Origin: Myxococcota bacterium
GTDB lineage: Bacteria; Myxococcota_A; UBA9160; UBA4427
Direction: 5' to 3'
Assembly (NCBI GenBank): GCA_029268645.1
Contig: JAQWNI010000058.1
Location: forward strand, 905-64,904
Length of the DNA stretch: 64,000 nt
Shown here: positions 26,081 to 34,416 of the stretch, piece after piece
Layout: each line of letters begins with the position of its first letter
How positions within the stretch are numbered: position 1 is the first letter of the stretch
The notes under the pieces: model-generated
What the model was told of the DNA's origin: nothing
What the model saw: only the letters and a program-made list of their open reading frames with translations
Database searches by the model: none
Program-made: the position numbers and the translations under genes

Positions 26081-26962
26081 TTATCGATCGAAAATAAATT
26101 TCTTCTCGATCTTGAGATTCTTCCAGCTCAGCTTGTCTTTCCCTGGAGGCCAGGGCATTCCATCCCGTCCCCATTTCCATTCGGGGCGATTGAATGCAGC
26201 CGGTACCGGCCTCTGATACATCGCTTCGGGAGAGTTGTCTTCAATCCCAAACCGATCAAAGTATTGGCGTTCGACAAAGAAGCAGTTCGGTGAAGGCATC
26301 TCCATGCAGTAGACGATCTCATAGCCCTTCTCCTTGGCGAGCTCTGTCATCGACACAATACTGGCCCCGGTGTAGTACGTCAGATCCCAGTAGTTCATAG
26401 GGTGATAATCGATCACCATTTTTTCGGGCGGAGCGAAAGCCATATTGACCTCGATCATCACGACCTTCGGCCTAAATTCCCGAATCATCCGCCAGATGTA
26501 ATAGTCATTACTGTCAATATCAACCACGAGAAAATCGAGATCCTTGGGGACTCCGTTCTCCTCAAAGAGAATTTCGACATTCCCGGGCCACACCCATGCA
26601 TTCAACGTGCGGGTACCCGGATAATCCGCATAGTTGTCGGCCAACTGCGCGGCCCGCTGCTCGTCGCCCTCGATCTGAAATGAGCTCCACCCCTTGTTCA
26701 CGACAAGGTTGCGCATATTGCTGTTGGTCACGCCATCATAGGCGCCAAACTCGACCGCAAATTTGGGCCCGGGTTCGATGACCTCGAAAATTTTCTCGAT
26801 GACGCCATCTTCTCCAAACTGGGAAAAGACGCTGTTTGCGGCCGCCTGTAAATCCACGGGGGGGGCGGGCTCCGTTTGGCTGGGCTGACAGCCGGTGCCA
26901 ATCGCTAAAGAGGCGAATGCGGCAAGGAGCACGAAAAGAAGGTGAACCCTGATTTTGACCAT
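26081..26962 (-). CDS. FkbM-type methyltransferase-fold protein with lipoprotein signal (paralogue B)
   Basis: MVKIRVHLLFVLLAAFASLAIGTG|C, then a Pro-rich linker, then VFSQFGEDGVIEKIFE...EFGAYDGVTNSNMRNL...IEGD. Shares the C-terminal WKNLKIEKKFIFDR tail with paralogue A. Confidence 0.75.
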   Translation of the reverse strand: MVKIRVHLLFVLLAAFASLAIGTGCQPSQTEPAPPVDLQAAANSVFSQFGEDGVIEKIFEVIEPGPKFAVEFGAYDGVTNSNMRNLVVNKGWSSFQIEGDEQRAAQLADNYADYPGTRTLNAWVWPGNVEILFEENGVPKDLDFLVVDIDSNDYYIWRMIREFRPKVVMIEVNMAFAPPEKMVIDYHPMNYWDLTYYTGASIVSMTELAKEKGYEIVYCMEMPSPNCFFVERQYFDRFGIEDNSPEAMYQRPVPAAFNRPEWKWGRDGMPWPPGKDKLSWKNLKIEKKFIFDR

Positions 26963-27041
26963 GGGAAGATGCTAGGACTTCCCCAGAAGGCCGCAAAACC
27001 CATCGACCAATCGAATAGAAACGAGACTTGAAGGAGGGTCC

Positions 27042-27773
27042 ATGTATCTCCGGCAGATCGCCCTGGTGGCTTCGAATCTTGACACCGCTGTCGACGACCT
27101 TCAAACGACGCTGGGGCTGGGCGAGCCCTTCGCGGACAAAGGTGTGGCGACATTTGGGCTCGAAAATGCTGTCTTCCCGATAGGTGAAACTTACCTTGAG
27201 GTGGTTTCGCCCAAGCAGGAAAACACCACCGCTGGCCGACTGCTTGAGCGACGGGGAGGCGACGGCGGATACATGGTCATCGTCCAGAGTCACAACCTTG
27301 AGGTCGACCGAGCCCGAATCGAGGCGCTCAATATTCGCATCGCGTGGGAAGTGGATCTTGGAGATGCTGAAAGCATCCATCTCCACCCGCGCGATACCGG
27401 CGGAGCCATCTTGTCAATCGACCGAATGGATCCGCCCGAGAGCTGGCGATGGGCCGGGCCCAACTGGGAGACACGAAGCAGAACAAACGTCGTGACTGGG
27501 ATTGTGGGGGTTACGATTCAAGCCGAAAACCCCGAGCAAATGGCCGGTCGTTGGGCCGAAGCCCTTGGCCTCCAGCGCAATGGCTGCGATCTCGCGTTAA
27601 CGAAAGGGCGAATTCGTTTCAAAGCCGTTACGGATGGGCGCGGTGAGGGGGTCACGGGGCTCGAAGTCTCAGCGCAAAAACCAGAGGTCGTTGAACGGAT
27701 CGCGATGGAGCGAGGCTTCGAGAAACGCGGACAGGCCTGGAAAATCTGTGGCGTCTGGATTGAGCTTGTTTAG
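27042..27773 (+). CDS. VOC / glyoxalase-like domain protein
   Basis: N-terminal LRQIALVASNLDTAVDDLQTTLGL...FPIGETYLEVVSP is typical of glyoxalase-like domains. Confidence 0.65.
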   Translation: MYLRQIALVASNLDTAVDDLQTTLGLGEPFADKGVATFGLENAVFPIGETYLEVVSPKQENTTAGRLLERRGGDGGYMVIVQSHNLEVDRARIEALNIRIAWEVDLGDAESIHLHPRDTGGAILSIDRMDPPESWRWAGPNWETRSRTNVVTGIVGVTIQAENPEQMAGRWAEALGLQRNGCDLALTKGRIRFKAVTDGRGEGVTGLEVSAQKPEVVERIAMERGFEKRGQAWKICGVWIELV

Positions 27774-27807
27774 GCCTTCGGCACAGTGACCGCAGAAGGA
27801 ACCGTGT

Positions 27808-28998
27808 TCAAAAGCCCGAGGCACTGAGCCCGAAAGCGCGCAAGACGTTTAGCCCCAAGAACCCAGCGCGGTCTGCCTCGGGCAGTTCTTGGGTCAGCCG
27901 TTCGACTTCGCGTATGTACGTCGGCGGATGGTCTGGATGAGGGAAGTCCGAAGCCCAGAAAAAACGATCCGAGCCCACACGGGGGATGATATCGGCAAGA
28001 GTCTGTTCATCTGGGTCCCCTGAGATCCAGCACTGACGTCTAAAATAGACACTTGGCTTCTCGGGCAAAATGGGTCGCAAGGCTGCGCCCTGGGGAGATG
28101 CGTAAACCGTGTCCATCCGGTCAAGCCAATAGCCAATCCAACCCGCACCCGACTCGAGAATCACACAGCGAAGCGCAGGATACTTCTCAAAGACACCATA
28201 TTGAAAGAGGGAGGTAAAAGCATTTCGCACCGAATCGGCCGAGGTCACGTTCAGAAAAAAAGCGTATCGGCCGCTGGTGTATCGGCCATAACGGCCGGGC
28301 GCTGTCCAAGTCGGCTCTAAGGAAGGATGGATCCCGAGGGTGAGCCCCGACGCCTCAATCGCGGCGAAAACACGATCGTGACTCGGATCACCCAGAGGCT
28401 TCCGTGTCCACTGAAAAGGCGGAACAAAAACGCCGACTGCGCCGGCTTCCGCCACGCGGTGAACTTCGGCCTCGGCTGCCGCAGGATCGCCTAGGGACAG
28501 CTGGGCGATAGGAAGCAGTCGGCCCCCTGAGTCCGAGCAAAAGTCTACAATCCAGCGGTTATAGGCCTGCAAGCAGGCCTGCGTATAACCCTCGTCCTCA
28601 CATTCAGCGATCCAGAAAAGGGTCAGCGTTGGATAGATAAAGACCTTTTTGAGGTTTTCAAAATCGAGTCGGCGGATTCTCTCCGAGGCATCCATAGCGC
28701 CCAAGGCTGCTTCGTCGACGTAGCGAAGGCCGGTGACGGCCTCACGCTCAAAGACCTGCCCCCCCACCCGGTCCATCGCCCCAAGTCCAGCCGGCATTCC
28801 CCCTCGGACGATAGAAGAGCTCCGTCCATCGATCTCGAGGTATTCAAGGCCCTCGGCATCCTTCCGGATCGTCGGCGCCCGTTTCCGAAAAGCCGGCTCC
28901 AAGTATCGCTGCCACAAGTCAGGCGGCTCAAGGATATGGCCATCGCCATCAATCGCACCGTCGAAGGACAATCGTTCAAAATTATGCATCACGATCAA
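27808..28998 (-). CDS. amidohydrolase-2 (ACMSD-like metal-dependent hydrolase/decarboxylase) family protein
   Basis: DGDGHILEP near the N-terminus and FFWASDFPHPD near the C-terminus are characteristic of the family. Confidence 0.8.
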   Translation of the reverse strand: MIVMHNFERLSFDGAIDGDGHILEPPDLWQRYLEPAFRKRAPTIRKDAEGLEYLEIDGRSSSIVRGGMPAGLGAMDRVGGQVFEREAVTGLRYVDEAALGAMDASERIRRLDFENLKKVFIYPTLTLFWIAECEDEGYTQACLQAYNRWIVDFCSDSGGRLLPIAQLSLGDPAAAEAEVHRVAEAGAVGVFVPPFQWTRKPLGDPSHDRVFAAIEASGLTLGIHPSLEPTWTAPGRYGRYTSGRYAFFLNVTSADSVRNAFTSLFQYGVFEKYPALRCVILESGAGWIGYWLDRMDTVYASPQGAALRPILPEKPSVYFRRQCWISGDPDEQTLADIIPRVGSDRFFWASDFPHPDHPPTYIREVERLTQELPEADRAGFLGLNVLRAFGLSASGF

Positions 28999-29166
28999 TA
29001 TTCGCCAATATCCAAGATTGATGCACCCCTCTAGTCTTCAGGTCAGACTGACCCAAAGAGTCCGCTTCGACCCAGAGCGCCTTCAGGCGGCGAGCAATCC
29101 CTGGGGTCTGATAGCGTTCTGTGGCCTGGGTGACCTGAGACGCAGCCTTGCACTAAGCCTTTTTGA

Positions 29167-30315
29167 TTGAGTGGATGGAAGCTGCCTATGAACTTCTCGT
29201 TTCCAACTTCACTCCAATACTTGCTCCCGAAACCGGACTGCGTCAAGCAAAGCCAAAGACAATTGCGCCTGCCGAGACATGCCTTGCTCGCCTTGGTCTG
29301 TCTCTTCGGGAGCACTCTTTGTTTAGCCTGCCAGGATGCCCCACTGGAATGCACGGTGAACGAAAACATTGTTCACCCTGATGGGGGCGCGACGCCGATT
29401 CACGACCCTTCCATCATTGAGGAGAACGGAACCTACTACGTCTTCTCGTCTGATCGGCTCGGGGGATTTTATAGCTCCGACAACCTGCGTGACTGGAAAC
29501 ATGAAGGGAACCTCTTCGAGCAAATCCCTGACTGGCTTAAGCAGGCCATCCCTGCGGCCGACCACATCGGCTCTCCCGACATTTCATATTACCAAGGCCA
29601 ATACGTATTGTTCTATCAATCCCACGAGTCGGAGACCTGCAACGCCGCCACGGGACTCGCAACCAGTGCGACGCTCGACCCACAGAACCCTCGCTCACTA
29701 TGGATCGACCACGGTTTAATCCTTCGATCTCGGCCGTTTTTTGACGACATCAAAGTATGGTGTGGAGATGATCAGGCGACCTTCAATGCCATTGACCCTC
29801 ACTTCTTCGTGGATCAGACGGGCAAACCGTGGCTTCTTGTGGGCTCAACCATAGGCGGAATCAGATTGGTTGAACTCGAGCCAGAAACCCTGAGGCCAAG
29901 GCCGGGCTCTCGCTATCAGATGGTCGCCCAGCGGTGGCTCCTCCAAGAGGACCCCGTCATCGAAGCCCCTTCAATCTTCTACAAAGATGGCTTCTACTAC
30001 CTGATGGTGTCGTTCAATCATTGCTGTCAGGGCGAGAACACGCGCTATCAAATCCGAATGGGTCGATCTCGGAATGTCACAGGACCGTACCTCGACAAAC
30101 AAGGACGGCGGCTCGATCTCGGCGGAGGCACTCTGGTTCTAGACGGCGATCCCCCATGGATCGGTACGGGGCACTCCGAGGTGTTCAGCGACGGCGGAAA
30201 GGAATGGCTCGTTCATCATGCCAAAGATGCAAACAGAAACTACCAGCCCTCTCTCAACATCCGCGAGCTCCGATGGGATACCGATGGCTGGCCTTCCGCG
30301 TGTCAAGCGCTCTGA
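29167..30315 (+). CDS. glycoside hydrolase family 43 (endo-arabinanase-like), secreted or lipoprotein
   Basis: HDPSIIEENGTYYVFSS, AIDPHFFVDQTGKPWLLVGS and IEAPSIFYKDGFYYLMVSF are the GH43 blades carrying the catalytic D/D/E. Hydrophobic N-terminal leader. Confidence 0.85.
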   Translation: MSGWKLPMNFSFPTSLQYLLPKPDCVKQSQRQLRLPRHALLALVCLFGSTLCLACQDAPLECTVNENIVHPDGGATPIHDPSIIEENGTYYVFSSDRLGGFYSSDNLRDWKHEGNLFEQIPDWLKQAIPAADHIGSPDISYYQGQYVLFYQSHESETCNAATGLATSATLDPQNPRSLWIDHGLILRSRPFFDDIKVWCGDDQATFNAIDPHFFVDQTGKPWLLVGSTIGGIRLVELEPETLRPRPGSRYQMVAQRWLLQEDPVIEAPSIFYKDGFYYLMVSFNHCCQGENTRYQIRMGRSRNVTGPYLDKQGRRLDLGGGTLVLDGDPPWIGTGHSEVFSDGGKEWLVHHAKDANRNYQPSLNIRELRWDTDGWPSACQAL

Positions 30316-31166
30316 CGAGGCCAGAAGCGATAGATCGCCAACATGAGAATTGCCGGTGGAGCCATCAGAGTCGAGTAGGCAAAAAGGGGAATCGTCGCAT
30401 CAATTTCCTGAAAAGCGGTCGCCACGACAACCATTCCCAAAAGAGCATTTTTGACACAGAGCTCGACGGCAATCGTCACAGAGTCCGCCCAGGAACGGCC
30501 AAGGAGCCGGGGAATCCCCAATCCCAGAACGCCTGCGGACGCCAGCAGCCAGAGACACGGCACGAGACTCAGCAAAAAGAGTTCCGTGGGTGGGTTGGGG
30601 CGGTCCAGATTGTCTATCAACAGGACTCCAAAAAGTCCCAGTCCCGAAAAAGCCGTGATGGGTCGCTCCCATTTCTGCGCGCTGGCGCGCACGCTACGCA
30701 GTCCCATCCCAACCAGAATGGGCAGGATCGTAAACCCTCCCAGTTCCAGGGCGGTTGCGAACAGCGGCACCTCAACCGAATCGACCTGAGCGCCCGCCGT
30801 ACTCTGAGCCACTCGAATCCAAAGAGGCAGCGTCAACAGCGTCACTAGAGTGGCAATCGCCGTCAAGCTAATTGAAAGTGCAGTATGAGCTCGACCGAAG
30901 TGCACGAACACGTTCGAACCCAGACCGCCCGGGCAGGCTGCGCAAACAACCAAGCCCACCGTCAAAAGTGGGGGCAAGGAATACACTTTGGCGATGACAA
31001 CACCTGCCATCGGCATCGCGACCAATTGAAGCAAGGTGCCGACGATGATCGATGTCGGGACTTGGGCAATGCGTCGAAAATCGCCCCAGGTAAGCGAAAG
31101 CCCCATTCCCAGCATCAGCCCAAACATTAAGAGGGGAAGAAGCGGCCCCTCAGTCGGGTTAGCCAA
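30303..31166 (-). CDS. bile acid:sodium symporter (BASS) family transporter
   Basis: 287 aa, polytopic. ACPGGLGSNVF matches the BASS C(P)GG..SN motif. Overlaps the GH43 gene end by 13 nt (convergent). Confidence 0.8.
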   Translation of the reverse strand: MANPTEGPLLPLLMFGLMLGMGLSLTWGDFRRIAQVPTSIIVGTLLQLVAMPMAGVVIAKVYSLPPLLTVGLVVCAACPGGLGSNVFVHFGRAHTALSISLTAIATLVTLLTLPLWIRVAQSTAGAQVDSVEVPLFATALELGGFTILPILVGMGLRSVRASAQKWERPITAFSGLGLFGVLLIDNLDRPNPPTELFLLSLVPCLWLLASAGVLGLGIPRLLGRSWADSVTIAVELCVKNALLGMVVVATAFQEIDATIPLFAYSTLMAPPAILMLAIYRFWPRQSA

Positions 31167-31214
31167 GGTCGTTGACCTCTGTCGTCGAAGAAGCTCTTCC
31201 TATCCTAGAAGCCA

Positions 31215-32549
31215 TCAAGGCGCGTCTTCAATCCCAAGGATTTCCTTGGCTTTGGTCAGCGCTTGTGCCTGGGCTTTCCTCTCTCGGATCCCTAGCCGCA
31301 CCGCCGCCCGGAGTCCAAAATAGTTCAGCGCGGAAAGCCGGCTCCGCGCAAACCAGAGCGGAAATCGCTTCAAACCTAAGGCGATGTTCTCAGTTGTCGC
31401 GATCAAGGTTGAGAAATAGTCCACTACAAACTCAGGATGCGGAACGGGGCGACAGAGTTCGTTCTTTTTCGCATCCTCGGCGATTCGAGATTCCAAATAG
31501 CCAATCCAGGCTGCGCTGAAGACCTGCTGGCAGACAAAAGTTGACTGCAGGGTGATTTCTTTCCCGTGAAATACGGGGCGAACCGGTCTCTTCGCCAAAC
31601 CATCCGCCGTACAATCGACGACGAGACTGTCCGGCCCAAGCGTCAGCGCACCCTTCTCGAGGGCGATGGAATCGGGGGCCACCCGCTGAACCCGTCCCAT
31701 GCGAACCACCTGGTCCACCCGACGAAGCTCAGCCAATTCTTCTCGACTGACCGTGGCGCACCGATATTTCGTCGGCCAAACCTGAGGATCCAGTCTCAGA
31801 AGCTTTCCCGAGGCATCGAGAGACGCCATGATTGCGTCAAGGGAATCGCCCTCGGCAATCTCCCGCATCTGGGAGCCCAACTCAACAAACCGAGCAGGGT
31901 CAAAGGTGGCTCGATCAATCAGCCAGGCGTCATGCGGGATCACCCACCGGATCTGCTCCGGTGCGCATCCCGATCTCAAGAGAAAAAGAACAGCATCAAT
32001 CCCTGTCTTGCCTCCGCCAATCACGATGTAATCCGAAGGGGTTCCGGTGTTTCGAACCAATTCGTTGGGGGCCACAAGGTTGGCCCCTTCTGCCACTTCG
32101 TATCCCGGGGGACGAGTAGAGGGTACCCTCACGTTCATATAGGTTGCATCCACTGTTTTCCGCTTCACCGCTACGGAGAATTCAGACTGACGATTCAAGA
32201 GCGAGCGGAAACGTTGGGATCCGAGATATTCGCAGCGAGGAAAGAACTGGAGCCGTCCCGTGTCTTCCCATTTTCGCAAGACTTTTTCGTAGTAGGTCAA
32301 AACTTCTGAACCCGAGGCAAGATACGTTCCACCTGGACCCAGCGGTTCAGAATTCACCCCGTAAAAGGCCGCGGGCTGGTGAAGCGTGACGAAGGGGTAG
32401 GCATCATTCCAGTGACCACCCGGCTTCGCACGGCGGTCGACCAGAGTGATTCGAACAGATGCATCGCGTGTCAGCACTTCATCAGCGAAGGCCATCCCCA
32501 TCGCCCCTGCACCGATGATCAAATAATCTGTTTCGAGCTGCTGCATCAC
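31215..32549 (-). CDS. FAD/NAD(P)-binding oxidoreductase (flavin monooxygenase-like)
   Basis: DYLIIGAGAMGMAFADE is a Rossmann GxGxxG motif, and a second dinucleotide motif is present (YIVIGGGKTGIDA). Start is placed at ATG 32549 to avoid overlap with the upstream gene. Confidence 0.75.
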   Translation of the reverse strand: MMQQLETDYLIIGAGAMGMAFADEVLTRDASVRITLVDRRAKPGGHWNDAYPFVTLHQPAAFYGVNSEPLGPGGTYLASGSEVLTYYEKVLRKWEDTGRLQFFPRCEYLGSQRFRSLLNRQSEFSVAVKRKTVDATYMNVRVPSTRPPGYEVAEGANLVAPNELVRNTGTPSDYIVIGGGKTGIDAVLFLLRSGCAPEQIRWVIPHDAWLIDRATFDPARFVELGSQMREIAEGDSLDAIMASLDASGKLLRLDPQVWPTKYRCATVSREELAELRRVDQVVRMGRVQRVAPDSIALEKGALTLGPDSLVVDCTADGLAKRPVRPVFHGKEITLQSTFVCQQVFSAAWIGYLESRIAEDAKKNELCRPVPHPEFVVDYFSTLIATTENIALGLKRFPLWFARSRLSALNYFGLRAAVRLGIRERKAQAQALTKAKEILGIEDAP

Positions 32550-32613
32550 TTTGTTCCTTAGCGTTCTAAGCCCATCAATGATCCACAATGCCTCGTTGGC
32601 TTCAAGCTTTACG

Positions 32614-34287
32614 TCATGGATCAATTCGGAAAATGTGGATCGACCCGCCAATCGACGCAATGGGCTCAAGCGGAATATTCACTGGACCCACGGGTCGCAG
32701 GGTTCCATGGTCGTACATCGGATAGCGGAGGTAATAGAGAGAGACACTGACCGCAAGCAACCCGGGCTGAAGTTCACCCGGCTCCGGCACCACATAGTCA
32801 ATCCCGTAGAGGCCTGGATCAACGCTTCCGAAATAGAGGAGTTGAACCTTTTCCTCCCCCGACGCGTTCAAGTAGTCAGCCAATTCGCCGAGGTCTTGGC
32901 CGATATCGACATTGGCGTCGGAAGCCTGTTGGTACCCTTGATCGCGACCCCCTACAAGGGGGTTGAAGTAGGCAAGATGGTGCGGGTGAGAAGCAAAGCT
33001 CGTACTTGCTAGACCAACAAGAACCAACGCTGCACCGGGCAACCGCCATCGACGCGGGACGGTGCGAGCGAATACGCTCGCAGTCCAGAGCGCCACAAAT
33101 GGTGCCGCTGAAAGAAGAGCCCGAAGGCCGAGTTGCCGTCGTTCTCCGAGGGATAAGACAACAAAGAGCAACACGGGGTACACCCAGAGCAGCATTGACT
33201 CGCGACGAGGCAAGCCATGTCCTCGAGCGGCTCCAAATACGGCGACTGCGAAAGCTAGGAAAATCGGGATGGGCGTCTTCATCGCCAGAAGCCCCAGGAA
33301 ATAGTCCCAGCGTCCTCCCTGAAATCGCTCTCCCCAGAGGACTGAGGGCATTCCTGACGCCACCTCGACAAGCTGTCCGTCAAACGCGCGAAGGTAGGCG
33401 GCCGGCAGGGGAAGAGGCAGGCGCCCCAAAGCGCTGTTGGAAATGGACTGCATCAGTGGACTCTGCAAAGTTACTTCAGAAAGGGTCGCTGAGAATTCAG
33501 CCCACAGATACCCGCAGTTGATGACGACTAGGCTCACCGGGACCATTGCGACCAAAGCCCACCACTGGACCCGACGGCTCATGGTTTCCTCCGACGAAGA
33601 CTCAAGTCGTGATCGTCGCCAAAAGATCATCAGAATCAGAAAGCTCGGATACAGCAAAAGCGCGTAAAACTTGGTGAGTTGAGCGAGGCCAAGAGTCAGT
33701 CCTGCGCAAAGGGCGAACGCAAGAGTCGGACGATTCAAAAACAATCCGAAGGTAAAAACCGATAGGGCGACGAAAAAAGCTGTCCCTGTGTCGGTCCCGA
33801 CGAGACTGGCTTGGGCCAAGACGTTGGGAGAAAGCAACACGAGCCCCGCTGCCAGAAGGCCAGCCAGCCCAGGCGCTTCGGGGCTCAGACGCCCGGCCCA
33901 AAAAAACAACAGGACACCAAGAAGAGCCACGATGAAGATGGGGCCTCGCCTCGCTCGATCCATGAGGTCGAGATACTGCGAACGGTTGATCTCCATGAAG
34001 CGGTAGCCGTTTTCCCAAAAGGAAAAGGGGTCCTCTGATGCCTCGAGACGAGCCAGATCTTGCGGCGAAACTTCGCCGGCGACGGGCAGAGCGGAAATGA
34101 CATTGACCAAAGGTGGATTCAAAGACGCGAAGCGGGGATCTCCTGTTTCAAGATAGAGAAGACCCGAAGGCAAATGGCCTAGCTCGTCAACGGTGACGGC
34201 CGTGCGACCCGCCCCATGGAGAGCGAATCCAAAATAGACGCCCAACAGAACAACGAGCGCCAGCGCCAACCACCGCTTTTCATCCAC
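32614..34287 (-). CDS. GT-C glycosyltransferase, family 39 / ArnT-like (PMT_2)
   Basis: 557 aa, polytopic. An early periplasmic-loop DE motif (TVDELGHLPSG) typical of ArnT/PMT-type enzymes. Confidence 0.75.
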   Translation of the reverse strand: MDEKRWLALALVVLLGVYFGFALHGAGRTAVTVDELGHLPSGLLYLETGDPRFASLNPPLVNVISALPVAGEVSPQDLARLEASEDPFSFWENGYRFMEINRSQYLDLMDRARRGPIFIVALLGVLLFFWAGRLSPEAPGLAGLLAAGLVLLSPNVLAQASLVGTDTGTAFFVALSVFTFGLFLNRPTLAFALCAGLTLGLAQLTKFYALLLYPSFLILMIFWRRSRLESSSEETMSRRVQWWALVAMVPVSLVVINCGYLWAEFSATLSEVTLQSPLMQSISNSALGRLPLPLPAAYLRAFDGQLVEVASGMPSVLWGERFQGGRWDYFLGLLAMKTPIPIFLAFAVAVFGAARGHGLPRRESMLLWVYPVLLFVVLSLGERRQLGLRALLSAAPFVALWTASVFARTVPRRWRLPGAALVLVGLASTSFASHPHHLAYFNPLVGGRDQGYQQASDANVDIGQDLGELADYLNASGEEKVQLLYFGSVDPGLYGIDYVVPEPGELQPGLLAVSVSLYYLRYPMYDHGTLRPVGPVNIPLEPIASIGGSIHIFRIDP

Positions 34288-34416
34288 CTCGAAGGCTCCC
34301 CGGGTCTTCGATGCGAAGCAACATCTCAGCGGGATCCTTGCCCACCCCAGTGAATGTGGGGATGCGATGGCGTTGAAGCATCGATCTCCTCGGAGTCAAT
34401 ACAGCAGCACGCCTCA

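Noticed and set aside
20593-26962. Composite transposon or recent inverted duplication
   Set aside because: There is no transposase, integrase or terminal nucleotide repeat. The flanking paralogues differ at many third codon positions, so the duplication is ancient rather than a mobile element.
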